From positions 15,641-79,640 of the forward strand of contig CAYXYJ010000002.1 in NCBI GenBank assembly GCA_964469295.1: a DNA stretch of 64,000 nt. The letters run 5' to 3'. Every line of letters starts with the position of its first letter. The stretch's first letter is position 1. Positions 55,655 to 64,000 of this stretch are shown here, piece by piece. The DNA comes from an uncultured Candidatus Saccharibacteria bacterium (lineage in GTDB: Bacteria; Patescibacteriota; Minisyncoccia; Phycocordibacterales; UBA918). The notes beneath the pieces were generated by a model, which saw nothing but the letters and a program-made list of their open reading frames with translations, searched no databases and had not been told where the DNA came from. A program made the position numbers and the translations under genes.

Positions 55655-55924
55655 ATGAAGATTTTCGCACTGTTGGCGGTACTACTCCCGGCCACCGCGG
55701 CAGGGGCGCAGACAATGGTCTGTAGAGACGTCGAAAGTGTCATAGTCGTCGAGACTGTGTCGCTTGTGCACCCGACGGTGCGCTGCCCCTTTTGCGGAGC
55801 GGAATTCACCGTCATCCAAGGTGACGTCACCATCGAGTGTGATGGTGACATCGCTTGGATTACCGGCGTCGGTCGGGTAATCCTCCAAGGAAACGAGGTC
55901 GTAGTCTTCGAAGAACAGTCCTGA
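55655..55924 (+). CDS. GC-rich small secreted protein with CPFC motif (compositionally atypical gene C)
   Basis: AAGGAG 6 nt upstream of ATG; signal peptide MKIFALLAVLLPATAAGA; 4 Cys including CPFC; GC-rich. Confidence 0.45.
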   Translation: MKIFALLAVLLPATAAGAQTMVCRDVESVIVVETVSLVHPTVRCPFCGAEFTVIQGDVTIECDGDIAWITGVGRVILQGNEVVVFEEQS

Positions 55925-55928
55925 TCAA

Positions 55929-55975
55929 CGGACGGTCGTCACCATCAGTGACGACCGCCCGTATCTTATTTTGAC
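55929..55975 (+). terminator. Terminator-like hairpin after gene C
   Basis: gacggtcgtcac cat cagtgacgaccgcc, then T-rich tatcttatttt. Confidence 0.45.
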
Positions 55976-56026
55976 CGACATGTTGCTGTGTATACCGACG
56001 CATGATTTTTTTGTTATACTGCTTTT

Positions 56027-59000
56027 ATGTCTGAACCAGTGTCACTGTCGAGTACATTTATCCATCTCCATGTGCATTCGCACTACTCACTCCTCAATGC
56101 ACTCCCCACCCCCAAGGAGTTGGCCAAAGCCGCCAAAGAAGATGGGCAAGACGCTCTCGCGATCACTGATGCGGGCGCCCTCTATGGCGCCATTGATTTC
56201 TATAAAGCCTGTACCAAAGAAGGTATTAAGCCAATTATTGGCCTCGATGCGTTTCTCGCTCCCCGCACCCGCCACGACAAAGAAGCGATGATCGACAAAC
56301 CACGTTCCCGTCTTGTCCTCCTCGCCCAAACCTTTCACGGCTACCAAAATCTTATTCAACTCGTCACCCTTTCCAATCTCGAAGGTTTTTATTACCGTCC
56401 TCGCCTCGATCAAGAACTGATTAAAACCTACGCCAAAGACCTCGTCTGTATCATCCCCTCTTTTGCGGGCGAGGTCGTTCAACAATTAAAAAATGAAAAC
56501 GACGAAAAAGCCGCCGAACGGTTAGATTGGTACAAAGGAGTATTTGGCGAAGATTGTTATCTGGAAATCACGCATCACCCGGAAATTGTTGAACATGAGA
56601 AATGGCAACAAAAAATAATTAAACTGGCGCGCACCACCAACACTCCCCTCGTAGCAGCACACGATGTCTACTATCTCAGACCCGAAGATCACATTGCCCG
56701 CGAAACGATGATAAAAATTCAAAGTGGCGGGGTCGTTGATACTTCTGGTGATGGACAGGGCGAGGATAATTTTTCTTTCCTCACCCAAGCGGAAATCATC
56801 GAGCGATTTAAAGACACGCCCGAGGCAGTCGCCAACACGGTCAAAATTGCCGAACAATGTACCGTCGAATTAGAAATCGGTACGCACTGGTATTTCCCCG
56901 ATTATAAAATCGCCAGCGGTCAAGCACCAGACGATGAATTGAAAGACATGGCGTATAAAGGTGTTACTTGGCGCGGACTGTCAACCGCTGACACCACCAT
57001 TATGGAACGCCTCGATTACGAACTCGAAGTCATTAAAACGAAAGGGTATGCGAAATATTTTCTCGTGGTGGGCGACCTCTTGCGTGAGTCTCGGGAACGA
57101 GGAATTTTAACTACTATCCGCGGATCAGTGGCAGGATCACTCACGACCTATGTCCTGGGGATTACAAACGTTAACCCCATTGAATATCAGCTTCCGTTTG
57201 AACGATTCTTAAACCCCGAACGGCCGTCTGCCCCGGATATCGACATGGATTACGCTGATAATCGGCGCGATGAAATTATTGAATATGCCAAAAGTAAATA
57301 TGGCGCAGACAAAGTCGCGCAAATCGGTACGTTCGGAACCATGATGGCCCGCGCGGCGGTGCGGGACGTGGCGCGGGCTCTTGGTCACCCATACAGTGTC
57401 GGTGACCAAATCGCTAAACTGATTCCGATGGGCAGCCAAGGCTTTCCGATGACAATCAAAAAAGCTCTCGAAATTGAACCCGATTTACAGAAACTGTATA
57501 AGAATGACGCTGAGGCGCGTGAAGTAATTGACCTCGCCCAAAAAATCGAAGGACGGGTACGACACCTCGGTGTCCACGCTGCCGGTGTAGTGATTGCACC
57601 CGCACCACTAAATCAATTCGTCCCCATCCAGCCCGACCCCAAAACCGGGAAATTTGTCACTCAGTACGAAATGAAATCCGTCGGTGAAGATGGCGTTGGA
57701 CTTCTCAAATTCGACTTCCTTGGCATCAAAAACCTCGCCATTTTAGCAGATGCGGTGAAGCGAGTGAAAGCGATTCATACTATTGAAGTTGATATCGAAA
57801 ATATCCCACTTGATGATTCCAAAACCTTTGCCATTCTCGCTAGCGGACAGACCATGGGTCTATTCCAATTAAATGGTTCTGGTATGACGGCGTTTTTAAA
57901 ACAACTAAAACCATCAACGATTCACGACATTAACGCGATGGTGGCGCTCTATCGTCCGGGACCAATGGAATCAATTCCGCAATATATCGAACGAAAGCAT
58001 AACCCTACGCTCGTTACCTACCTTGATCCACGCCTCAAAACGATTCTGGACCGGTCGTATGGCGTCATCACGTACCAGGACGATGTAATGACGATTGCGC
58101 GCGAACTGGCGGGATATTCGTGGCTTGAAGCCGATATGTTGCGTAAAGCCATGGGTAAGAAAATTCCCGAGGTCATGGCCGCTGAGAAAGATAAACTGAT
58201 GAAAGGGTTTCTGGAATATGGCCAACTTTCACAACATACTGCTGATAAATTATGGCTGTTGATTGAACCATTTGCCGCCTACGGCTTTAACAAAGCCCAC
58301 GCAGCCAGTTACGGTCGCGTCGCCTACCAGACAGCCTACATGAAAGCGAATTTTCCGGTCGAATACATGTCTGCTGTTCTCACCGCCGACTCGGGCGACA
58401 CAGACAAAATTTCTGAAATTATTCATGAGTGTGAGCGCATGGGAATTGAAGTACTCCCGCCAGATATCAATGAATCATTCGCCGACTTTTCAGTGGTGCC
58501 GGGCCGGCAAACAATCCGGTTTGGGCTGACAACTATCAAAAATTTTGGCGAAGGAATTTCCGAAGCCATCATCGAAAACCGCAAGTCACAGGGCAAGTTT
58601 ATGTCGATGCAAGACTTCCTCACCCGGATCAAAAACCGTAATTTGAACAAAAAATCACTCGAAGCGCTTATTATGGTCGGTGCCTTTGATACCATGGGTG
58701 AACGTGGCCAATTACTCGCCAATGTGGATTTGATGCTTTCATTCAACCGCGAACAGGTCGCCGCTGCCGAAAGCGCGCAAGATTCACTCTTTGGATTTGG
58801 TGGTGGAAACAGCGTTTCTGATCTCGTGCTCGCCCCGGCCCCAGCCGCCAACAAAGCCGAAAAACTTGTCTGGGAAAAAGACTTACTCGGGGTATATGTA
58901 TCGGGCCATCCACTTGAAGAATTCATAGATGAACTGAATAAGCGACCAAGTGTGAAATTCATCAAAACCGCCGTCGAAGAAAAACAGGAAGTGACCATAG

Positions 59001-59284
59001 CACAATTAAAGGGGTCCCTCGTCACCGCCGGTATGATTACAGCGGTGCGGGAGCTTATTACGAAAAAGGGTGACAAAATGGCCTTTGTGACGCTTGGTGA
59101 CCTCACTGACACTATCGAAATGGTTGCCTTCCCCACCGTTTACGCCGAGCAAAAGGAATTGTTTACCGTCGGACAATGCCTAGCCGTCAAGGGTAAATTA
59201 ACGATTCGTAACGACGAACCGAGCATTGCAATTGATCGGGTGAAAGCACTCACCACTTCACCAACAATTGACGAACCTACTTGA
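56027..59284 (+). CDS. dnaE: DNA polymerase III alpha subunit
   Basis: PHP domain IHLHVHSHYSLL, polymerase core, OB fold; 1085 aa. Confidence 0.9.
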   Translation: MSEPVSLSSTFIHLHVHSHYSLLNALPTPKELAKAAKEDGQDALAITDAGALYGAIDFYKACTKEGIKPIIGLDAFLAPRTRHDKEAMIDKPRSRLVLLAQTFHGYQNLIQLVTLSNLEGFYYRPRLDQELIKTYAKDLVCIIPSFAGEVVQQLKNENDEKAAERLDWYKGVFGEDCYLEITHHPEIVEHEKWQQKIIKLARTTNTPLVAAHDVYYLRPEDHIARETMIKIQSGGVVDTSGDGQGEDNFSFLTQAEIIERFKDTPEAVANTVKIAEQCTVELEIGTHWYFPDYKIASGQAPDDELKDMAYKGVTWRGLSTADTTIMERLDYELEVIKTKGYAKYFLVVGDLLRESRERGILTTIRGSVAGSLTTYVLGITNVNPIEYQLPFERFLNPERPSAPDIDMDYADNRRDEIIEYAKSKYGADKVAQIGTFGTMMARAAVRDVARALGHPYSVGDQIAKLIPMGSQGFPMTIKKALEIEPDLQKLYKNDAEAREVIDLAQKIEGRVRHLGVHAAGVVIAPAPLNQFVPIQPDPKTGKFVTQYEMKSVGEDGVGLLKFDFLGIKNLAILADAVKRVKAIHTIEVDIENIPLDDSKTFAILASGQTMGLFQLNGSGMTAFLKQLKPSTIHDINAMVALYRPGPMESIPQYIERKHNPTLVTYLDPRLKTILDRSYGVITYQDDVMTIARELAGYSWLEADMLRKAMGKKIPEVMAAEKDKLMKGFLEYGQLSQHTADKLWLLIEPFAAYGFNKAHAASYGRVAYQTAYMKANFPVEYMSAVLTADSGDTDKISEIIHECERMGIEVLPPDINESFADFSVVPGRQTIRFGLTTIKNFGEGISEAIIENRKSQGKFMSMQDFLTRIKNRNLNKKSLEALIMVGAFDTMGERGQLLANVDLMLSFNREQVAAAESAQDSLFGFGGGNSVSDLVLAPAPAANKAEKLVWEKDLLGVYVSGHPLEEFIDELNKRPSVKFIKTAVEEKQEVTIAQLKGSLVTAGMITAVRELITKKGDKMAFVTLGDLTDTIEMVAFPTVYAEQKELFTVGQCLAVKGKLTIRNDEPSIAIDRVKALTTSPTIDEPT

Positions 59285-59317
59285 AAAGTAGTAGTCTGCT
59301 CCGTAGCCAGTTCCCCA

Positions 59318-59782
59318 ATGAAGGTATCTTCAATGAACATCGCGACCATCTCACCTCATCCCGTGTCGGTTGCTGCTTTAGTTGCTTTGAAACCAAAGTT
59401 GTTTTATCAGCAACAAGCTTCTGATTTCACTCATCCGGTATTTACCGCCGAGAGATATATAGACCAGTCAATCATCACCGCCTATGGTGATGCCCATGCT
59501 TCCAACCAACTTGACTGGGGCCGATCACACAATCTGTCAGAAGAGGAAATTAAATACCCAACATTTCCATTACTTGAAACGTTGGCGTGGTGGATGGCGT
59601 TTACCATCATGCATGATGGACACAACCGGCGTTCATTCGTCACTCCATCATCTACTTTTATTGATGGATATCGGCTCGGAGTCGCACTGCTCGTCAACGA
59701 CTCACTCCGTGTGGCGTACACGTTTGTGGCCAGAGACACGTCCCCACCACACCAGCAAATCTGGCCCGCAATCACTTGGTGA
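59318..59782 (+). CDS. Hypothetical protein
   Basis: 154-aa ORF with no motifs; start may be MNIATIS (59333). Confidence 0.3.
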   Translation: MKVSSMNIATISPHPVSVAALVALKPKLFYQQQASDFTHPVFTAERYIDQSIITAYGDAHASNQLDWGRSHNLSEEEIKYPTFPLLETLAWWMAFTIMHDGHNRRSFVTPSSTFIDGYRLGVALLVNDSLRVAYTFVARDTSPPHQQIWPAITW

Positions 59783-59799
59783 TTGCGGGCTTTCACTTC

Positions 59800-60048
59800 C
59801 ATATACGAGAGAGGCTTTTATATTATTTATTGACCAATTATCCCGACTCCGTTAGTATGTGTTTATACAGAGATTGTGGTAACTACCAACTACCAGCACG
59901 GTCGGACAACAGTCCCTAATCTGTACCCAAAGTGTGGGTTGGCATACCAACCTGAAGCCCGGTGGAACCGCGGTCGAGTTATTGTAACTCAATCGTCCGA
60001 GCAAAAATTCGAAGCTTCGAATTTTTGCTCGGACGATTTTTCGTTTCA
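59800..60048 (+). promoter_or_regulatory. Threonine T-box riboswitch leader of thrS
   Basis: T-box core cccGGTGGaACCGCGg at 59958-59973 (consensus GGGTGGTACCGCG); AGAGA motif; ACU/ACC-rich candidate specifier region ggtaactaccaactacc; strong terminator hairpin 59995-60036 plus T-run immediately before thrS ATG. Confidence 0.55.
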
Positions 60049-60073
60049 TTATTAATTTCACCCATCAAATACT

Positions 60074-61831
60074 ATGAGCAATCTAGAACACAAGCGGCAC
60101 ACCCTGGCCCACCTCATGGCCAAAGCCATTATTGACGCCTACCCCCACGCCAAACTAACCCTTGGTCCCGCCATCGATACCGGTTTTTATTACGATGTTG
60201 ATTTTTCAGGTGGACCAACCCTCGGTGATGATGATTTAAAAGACATTCAGAAAGCGATGAAAAAGCTTCTCAATACCTGGACAACGTGGCGGCACCGCGA
60301 CGTCACCGTTGACGAAGCCCGCACGATTTTTGCCGGCAACCAATTCAAACTTGAACTGATCGAGGAAATCGCCAGCCGGGGTGAAACGATTACCCTCTAT
60401 ACCTGTGGGAGCGGCAAGAGCGAATTCACCGACCTCTGCCGCGGCGGTCACGTAGAGAACCCGGCAACCGACATTGATGCCAACAGTTTCAAACTCGACA
60501 AAGTCGCCGGTGCATATTGGCGCGGGGACGAAACCAAACCAATGTTGTCACGAATCTATGGACTAGCATTTGCTACTGTGGCCGACCTAGACGCGTATAT
60601 CTTTATGCGCGAAGAAGCGAAAAAGCGCGATCACCGCAAACTAGGCAAGGAACTCGATTTGTTTGCGTTTTCTGATTTGGTTGGTTCAGGACTTCCCCTC
60701 TATACGCCACGGGGTACCATTTTGCGCGAAGAATTAAGTGCCTTTTCCGAATCGCTCCAAAAAGCCGCTGGCTTTGAAAAAGTCTGGATCCCCCACATTA
60801 CGAAAACGGACCTTTATAAAACTTCTGGTCACTGGGACAAATTTGGCGACGAATTGTTCTTGGTACAAAGTCAAGAATCAAGTGATAGTTTTGCCTTAAA
60901 ACCGATGAATTGTCCCCATCATACGCAGATTTTTGCCAGCAAACCACGTAGTTACCGCGATTTACCAATTCGCTATATGGAAACCACGACGTGTTATCGA
61001 GATGAAAAAACCGGTGAATTGGGCGGTCTCACTCGCGTACGGTCATTAACCCAAGACGATGCGCACGTCTTTTGTCGTCCTGATCAAATCGAAGCTGAAT
61101 TCGAGGCCATCATGAACATGATTAAATCTATGTATGGTGCTCTGGGGTTAAAATTCACCGCTCGTCTATCATTTCATGATCCAGCCAATCGAGAAAAGTA
61201 TCTAGGCTCAGATGAACTATGGCATGATGCGGAGACCAAAATCGAAGCAGTGGCCAAGAAACTTGAATTAAACTATTTTGTCGCCCCCGGTGAAGCGGCG
61301 TTTTATGGACCAAAGATTGATATCATGGTTATCGACGCTATTGGACGTGAATGGCAATGTGCCACCCAGCAACTCGATTTTGTACAACCGACTCGTTTTG
61401 GCTTAGAGTACACCGATAGTGACGGACAAAAGAAAACTCCAGTCATGATTCACAAAGCGCTCCTTGGTACAATCGATCGTTTTCTTGGTGTCTATATTGA
61501 ACACACTGCTGGTAATTTCCCTCTTTGGCTGGCCCCAGAACAAATCCGTATCGTTCCGGTTTCGGACAATCATATTGATTATGCGCAAAATGTTTTAGAT
61601 CACCTCAAACGATCAGGAATTCGAGCGACACTCGACACCGATAACGAATCCATGGGCAAGAAAATCCGCACCGCCAAAACCTTAAAACTACCGTATTTCC
61701 TAGTCATTGGTGACCAGGAGGTTGCCGATAAAACCGTTACTCTCGAAAAACGTGACGGTACCAAAACAGTCCTCAGTCTCTCAGCGCTCATTGCGCTCCT
61801 TGATGCTGAAATATCATCAAAAGCATTATAA
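60074..61831 (+). CDS. thrS: Threonine--tRNA ligase
   Basis: HRKLGKELDLF, class II catalytic core, C-terminal anticodon-binding domain; 585 aa (short N-terminus). Confidence 0.9.
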   Translation: MSNLEHKRHTLAHLMAKAIIDAYPHAKLTLGPAIDTGFYYDVDFSGGPTLGDDDLKDIQKAMKKLLNTWTTWRHRDVTVDEARTIFAGNQFKLELIEEIASRGETITLYTCGSGKSEFTDLCRGGHVENPATDIDANSFKLDKVAGAYWRGDETKPMLSRIYGLAFATVADLDAYIFMREEAKKRDHRKLGKELDLFAFSDLVGSGLPLYTPRGTILREELSAFSESLQKAAGFEKVWIPHITKTDLYKTSGHWDKFGDELFLVQSQESSDSFALKPMNCPHHTQIFASKPRSYRDLPIRYMETTTCYRDEKTGELGGLTRVRSLTQDDAHVFCRPDQIEAEFEAIMNMIKSMYGALGLKFTARLSFHDPANREKYLGSDELWHDAETKIEAVAKKLELNYFVAPGEAAFYGPKIDIMVIDAIGREWQCATQQLDFVQPTRFGLEYTDSDGQKKTPVMIHKALLGTIDRFLGVYIEHTAGNFPLWLAPEQIRIVPVSDNHIDYAQNVLDHLKRSGIRATLDTDNESMGKKIRTAKTLKLPYFLVIGDQEVADKTVTLEKRDGTKTVLSLSALIALLDAEISSKAL

Positions 61832-61835
61832 GCCA

Positions 61836-61877
61836 AAACACAACAGGCGCGCCCTACGGGCGCGCCTGTTGTGTTTT
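61836..61877. terminator. Bidirectional GC-clamp terminator
   Basis: aaaacacaacaggcgcgccc tac gggcgcgcctgttgtgtttt. Confidence 0.65.
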
Positions 61878-61894
61878 CTACTTGCGTCTATGAC

Positions 61895-64000
61895 TTACGC
61901 GATGGCTTTGATAGCCTTCAAGATAGCCATCTTCACCGCATCAGCTTCGTCAGTATACGTACCATCAATCGCTCCAGTGAGGGCAGCAATCGCTGCCTTT
62001 ACTTGTTCCACTGAAAGGGTGCTACCCTCCATAGACAAGAGTCCAGTTACGGCTACGTTCTCACCTTGTTTGGCTCGATAGAGTGTATCCAGTTCAGCAG
62101 CAGCTTCCGCTAGTGCTACCATTGGACGATTACCAATCATTTGGTAGGCCGCCACAATGTTGCCAGTAACAATCGCTTCCGCTAATGAACTATTTCCTGC
62201 CGTATTGGTAACTACACTTGCTGGCGTAAAACTAACTGGAGTAGCGACAACTTGTTTCATGAGCATGGTCATTCGTTCACCAGTCAGTACTACCCATCCG
62301 TCTTCACTTGGGTATGAGGCTTTCGCATCGGCAATCAATTGAGTCAATGTTGCCACTCGATTCGTAGCGGTTGTTCCGTTCACCAATTGGCGCATAGCGT
62401 CACTTGATAACAACACATGTTGCGCGTGGGCGATATTTTCCATATCAGTCGCCACGGCATCATATTCAGTGTCACGAGTAGGTGTGGCGTAGCCAACTAC
62501 CGGAGCCGGTACTGTCGCTACTTCCACTGGAGCCACAAACCGAGGCGTATTGAACGTTTCAGTAAACATCCCACTGGTTACTTTTTCATCAGCCACCATC
62601 GCCGCTACTGGAGCAACTGGTGTGGTGACTACCGGAGTAGCAAGCGCGACGCCACCGATACTCTGGCGACGAATCACCAAAATGTATGCCAAGTAGAGAG
62701 CCCACAAGAGCAACAATCCGTAGAAGAGAGTCGTAAGAATTGGACCAGCTTCAAATCCAGTGTATGGCACTTGAGTCAATGAGATTCCTGTTACTACCGG
62801 CTTTTGGTCACGGTTTTCAATCACGGTAATCTCATCATCTTCATCAACATCAACTTTTACGGTACAAGTTCGGTCTTTACTACCACGTTCAACCAATAAG
62901 GTGTAAGTGGTGTCTTCCTCTGGACGCAAGGTCATTTCACCATCGTACAAGTCACGCTTTTCTGATGATGATTTGCCATCAGTATCAACTAATGTCTTGC
63001 CATGATTGTCTCGGATGCGGAGATCAGTCGCGTTTGAACTATCCCATTCCAAGGTAACTCGTTCACCTGATTTGATACTTTTATCAGAGATTTTTAATTC
63101 ACAACGTGGACTTGGTGTGCCACCGCCGCCGCCATTATTTTCATCAACGTCAATACGAACGGTACAATCACGTTCATCACCAGCACTGTTACGGATAGTC
63201 ATCACATAATTAGTGTCTGATCGTGGCGATACTTCGACATCACCAGACAGTGCCGTTGAGCCAATGTTGCTGATGGTTAATGAACGAACACCACGAGTAT
63301 TCCAGATAATGCGACTAGTTTCGCCCTCATCAATTGACGTACGAGTGGCATAGAATGAAGTGACGTTATTTTCGCAAGAGAACACTGGTGCTTCCGGTAC
63401 TTCAACTCGCACATCGCTGTAACACGTCGCTTCGTTGGCTGCATTGTATGCGGTCAAGGTGTAGGTAATATTTGATCGAGGAGCCACGCTGATCGAACCG
63501 TCCTTTTCTACTTCACCAACACCCTGGTTGATGACGACACGTGTCGCATTCGTGGTATCCCAACGAAGCGTAGTTGATTGACCTCGGTCAATCGTTGCTG
63601 GTTCAGCACGGAAGTATTCACAACGTGGTAATTCCGGACGAGGAGTTACGGTTACGGTAGCAGTACAGGTCTTTTCTTCTCCAGCACTGTTACGCACGAT
63701 AAAGGTGTAGGTAGTATTTTGCGTTGGTCGAATCCATTGTTCACCTGATACCGCGACAGTACCGATACCTTGGTTGATTGCACGGTAGGTCGCATTCGTA
63801 CTCGTCCAAGTCAAACGAGTTTGGTCACCAGCAGTAATCGTCGTTGGTGATACCGCGAGGGTACAGGTAGGGTTTGGAACCGGCGCAGCGGTTACGGTAA
63901 TCGTACGAGAACAGGTGACTGATCCACCAGCACCGGTAGCAGTCAATGTATACGTTGTATTGTCTACTGGTGTTACTGATTGGTTGCCATCAACTGCCAC
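61895..64000 (-). CDS. Large surface protein with tandem Ig-like repeats, one TM helix and ~270-aa C-terminal domain (partial; N-terminus beyond window)
   Basis: At least five ~80-aa repeats ending TxYTLTAxNxxGxxxxCxxxVxV; TM segment ILTTLFYGLLLLWALYLAYILVIRRQS; ORF is open at the window edge. Confidence 0.5.
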   Translation of the reverse strand: MAVDGNQSVTPVDNTTYTLTATGAGGSVTCSRTITVTAAPVPNPTCTLAVSPTTITAGDQTRLTWTSTNATYRAINQGIGTVAVSGEQWIRPTQNTTYTFIVRNSAGEEKTCTATVTVTPRPELPRCEYFRAEPATIDRGQSTTLRWDTTNATRVVINQGVGEVEKDGSISVAPRSNITYTLTAYNAANEATCYSDVRVEVPEAPVFSCENNVTSFYATRTSIDEGETSRIIWNTRGVRSLTISNIGSTALSGDVEVSPRSDTNYVMTIRNSAGDERDCTVRIDVDENNGGGGGTPSPRCELKISDKSIKSGERVTLEWDSSNATDLRIRDNHGKTLVDTDGKSSSEKRDLYDGEMTLRPEEDTTYTLLVERGSKDRTCTVKVDVDEDDEITVIENRDQKPVVTGISLTQVPYTGFEAGPILTTLFYGLLLLWALYLAYILVIRRQSIGGVALATPVVTTPVAPVAAMVADEKVTSGMFTETFNTPRFVAPVEVATVPAPVVGYATPTRDTEYDAVATDMENIAHAQHVLLSSDAMRQLVNGTTATNRVATLTQLIADAKASYPSEDGWVVLTGERMTMLMKQVVATPVSFTPASVVTNTAGNSSLAEAIVTGNIVAAYQMIGNRPMVALAEAAAELDTLYRAKQGENVAVTGLLSMEGSTLSVEQVKAAIAALTGAIDGTYTDEADAVKMAILKAIKAIA

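Noticed and set aside
54922-55851. 309-aa ORF as full-length rnhB
   Set aside because: The N-terminal ~97 codons overlap the GC-rich gene C on the opposite strand and lack RNase HII homology. The conserved core starts at MYRMGIRWVIGIDEAGRG with an extended -10 box abutting it.
1-64000. tRNA, rRNA, transposase, integrase, CRISPR
   Set aside because: No T-arm GGTTCGAATCC-type motifs in cloverleaf context, no rRNA-like conserved blocks, and no IS or integrase motifs were seen. The GC-rich inserts lack flanking direct repeats or recombinase genes.

Overview
The window is a gene-dense chromosomal segment with the hallmarks of a small-genome Patescibacteria/CPR (Saccharibacteria-like) organism. 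The lineage call is inference, not a database hit. Background GC is in the high 40s% by eye. Housekeeping genes dominate: rpoB-rpoC, rpoD, dnaG, dnaE, thrS, hisS, rnr, rnc, truB, trmD, rpsP, rpmG, rpmF, rnhB, uppP, prmC, an SMC-like ATPase, a DEAD-box helicase and a UvrD-nuclease fusion. There is an alpha-glucan cluster (GH15, GH57, glycogen-synthase-like GT) with a class I aldolase, two tandem type IV pilins, and a membrane-tethered DsbA. Several ribosomal proteins and sigma-70 carry Lys/Ala-rich extensions. Many intrinsic terminators share one design: a GC-clamp stem, a 3-nt loop and a T-run. Several genes sit directly behind consensus -35/-10 boxes with essentially no leader (rpmG, rnr, rpmF, rnhB). 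Not explained by standard annotation: (1) at least five compositionally distinct GC-rich patches (roughly 60% GC by eye) embedded between housekeeping genes. Three carry single small secreted Cys-containing proteins (5902-6255, 45786-46091, 55655-55924), one a small cytoplasmic protein (15579-16073). The fifth is an ~0.9 kb structured island (53990-54870) between rpmF and rnhB with a 22-bp-arm hairpin, two tandem terminators sharing the same loop, and two micro-ORFs. (2) A two-copy structured hairpin element with a conserved ~45-nt core and covarying outer stems, bracketing the hisS-exonuclease pair. (3) A 918-aa surface-fibre-like protein with a phage tail-fibre-type intramolecular chaperone (peptidase S74) domain, inserted between trmD and rpoB. 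(4) An FMN-binding-domain membrane protein adjacent to ApbE. (5) An ATL/AlkC-like alkylation-damage pair. (6) A NusB-Nudix fusion. (7) A Thr T-box leader on thrS. (8) A perfect 16-bp inverted repeat inside the ABC transporter operon. No tRNA, rRNA, CRISPR array, transposase or integrase was recognised.
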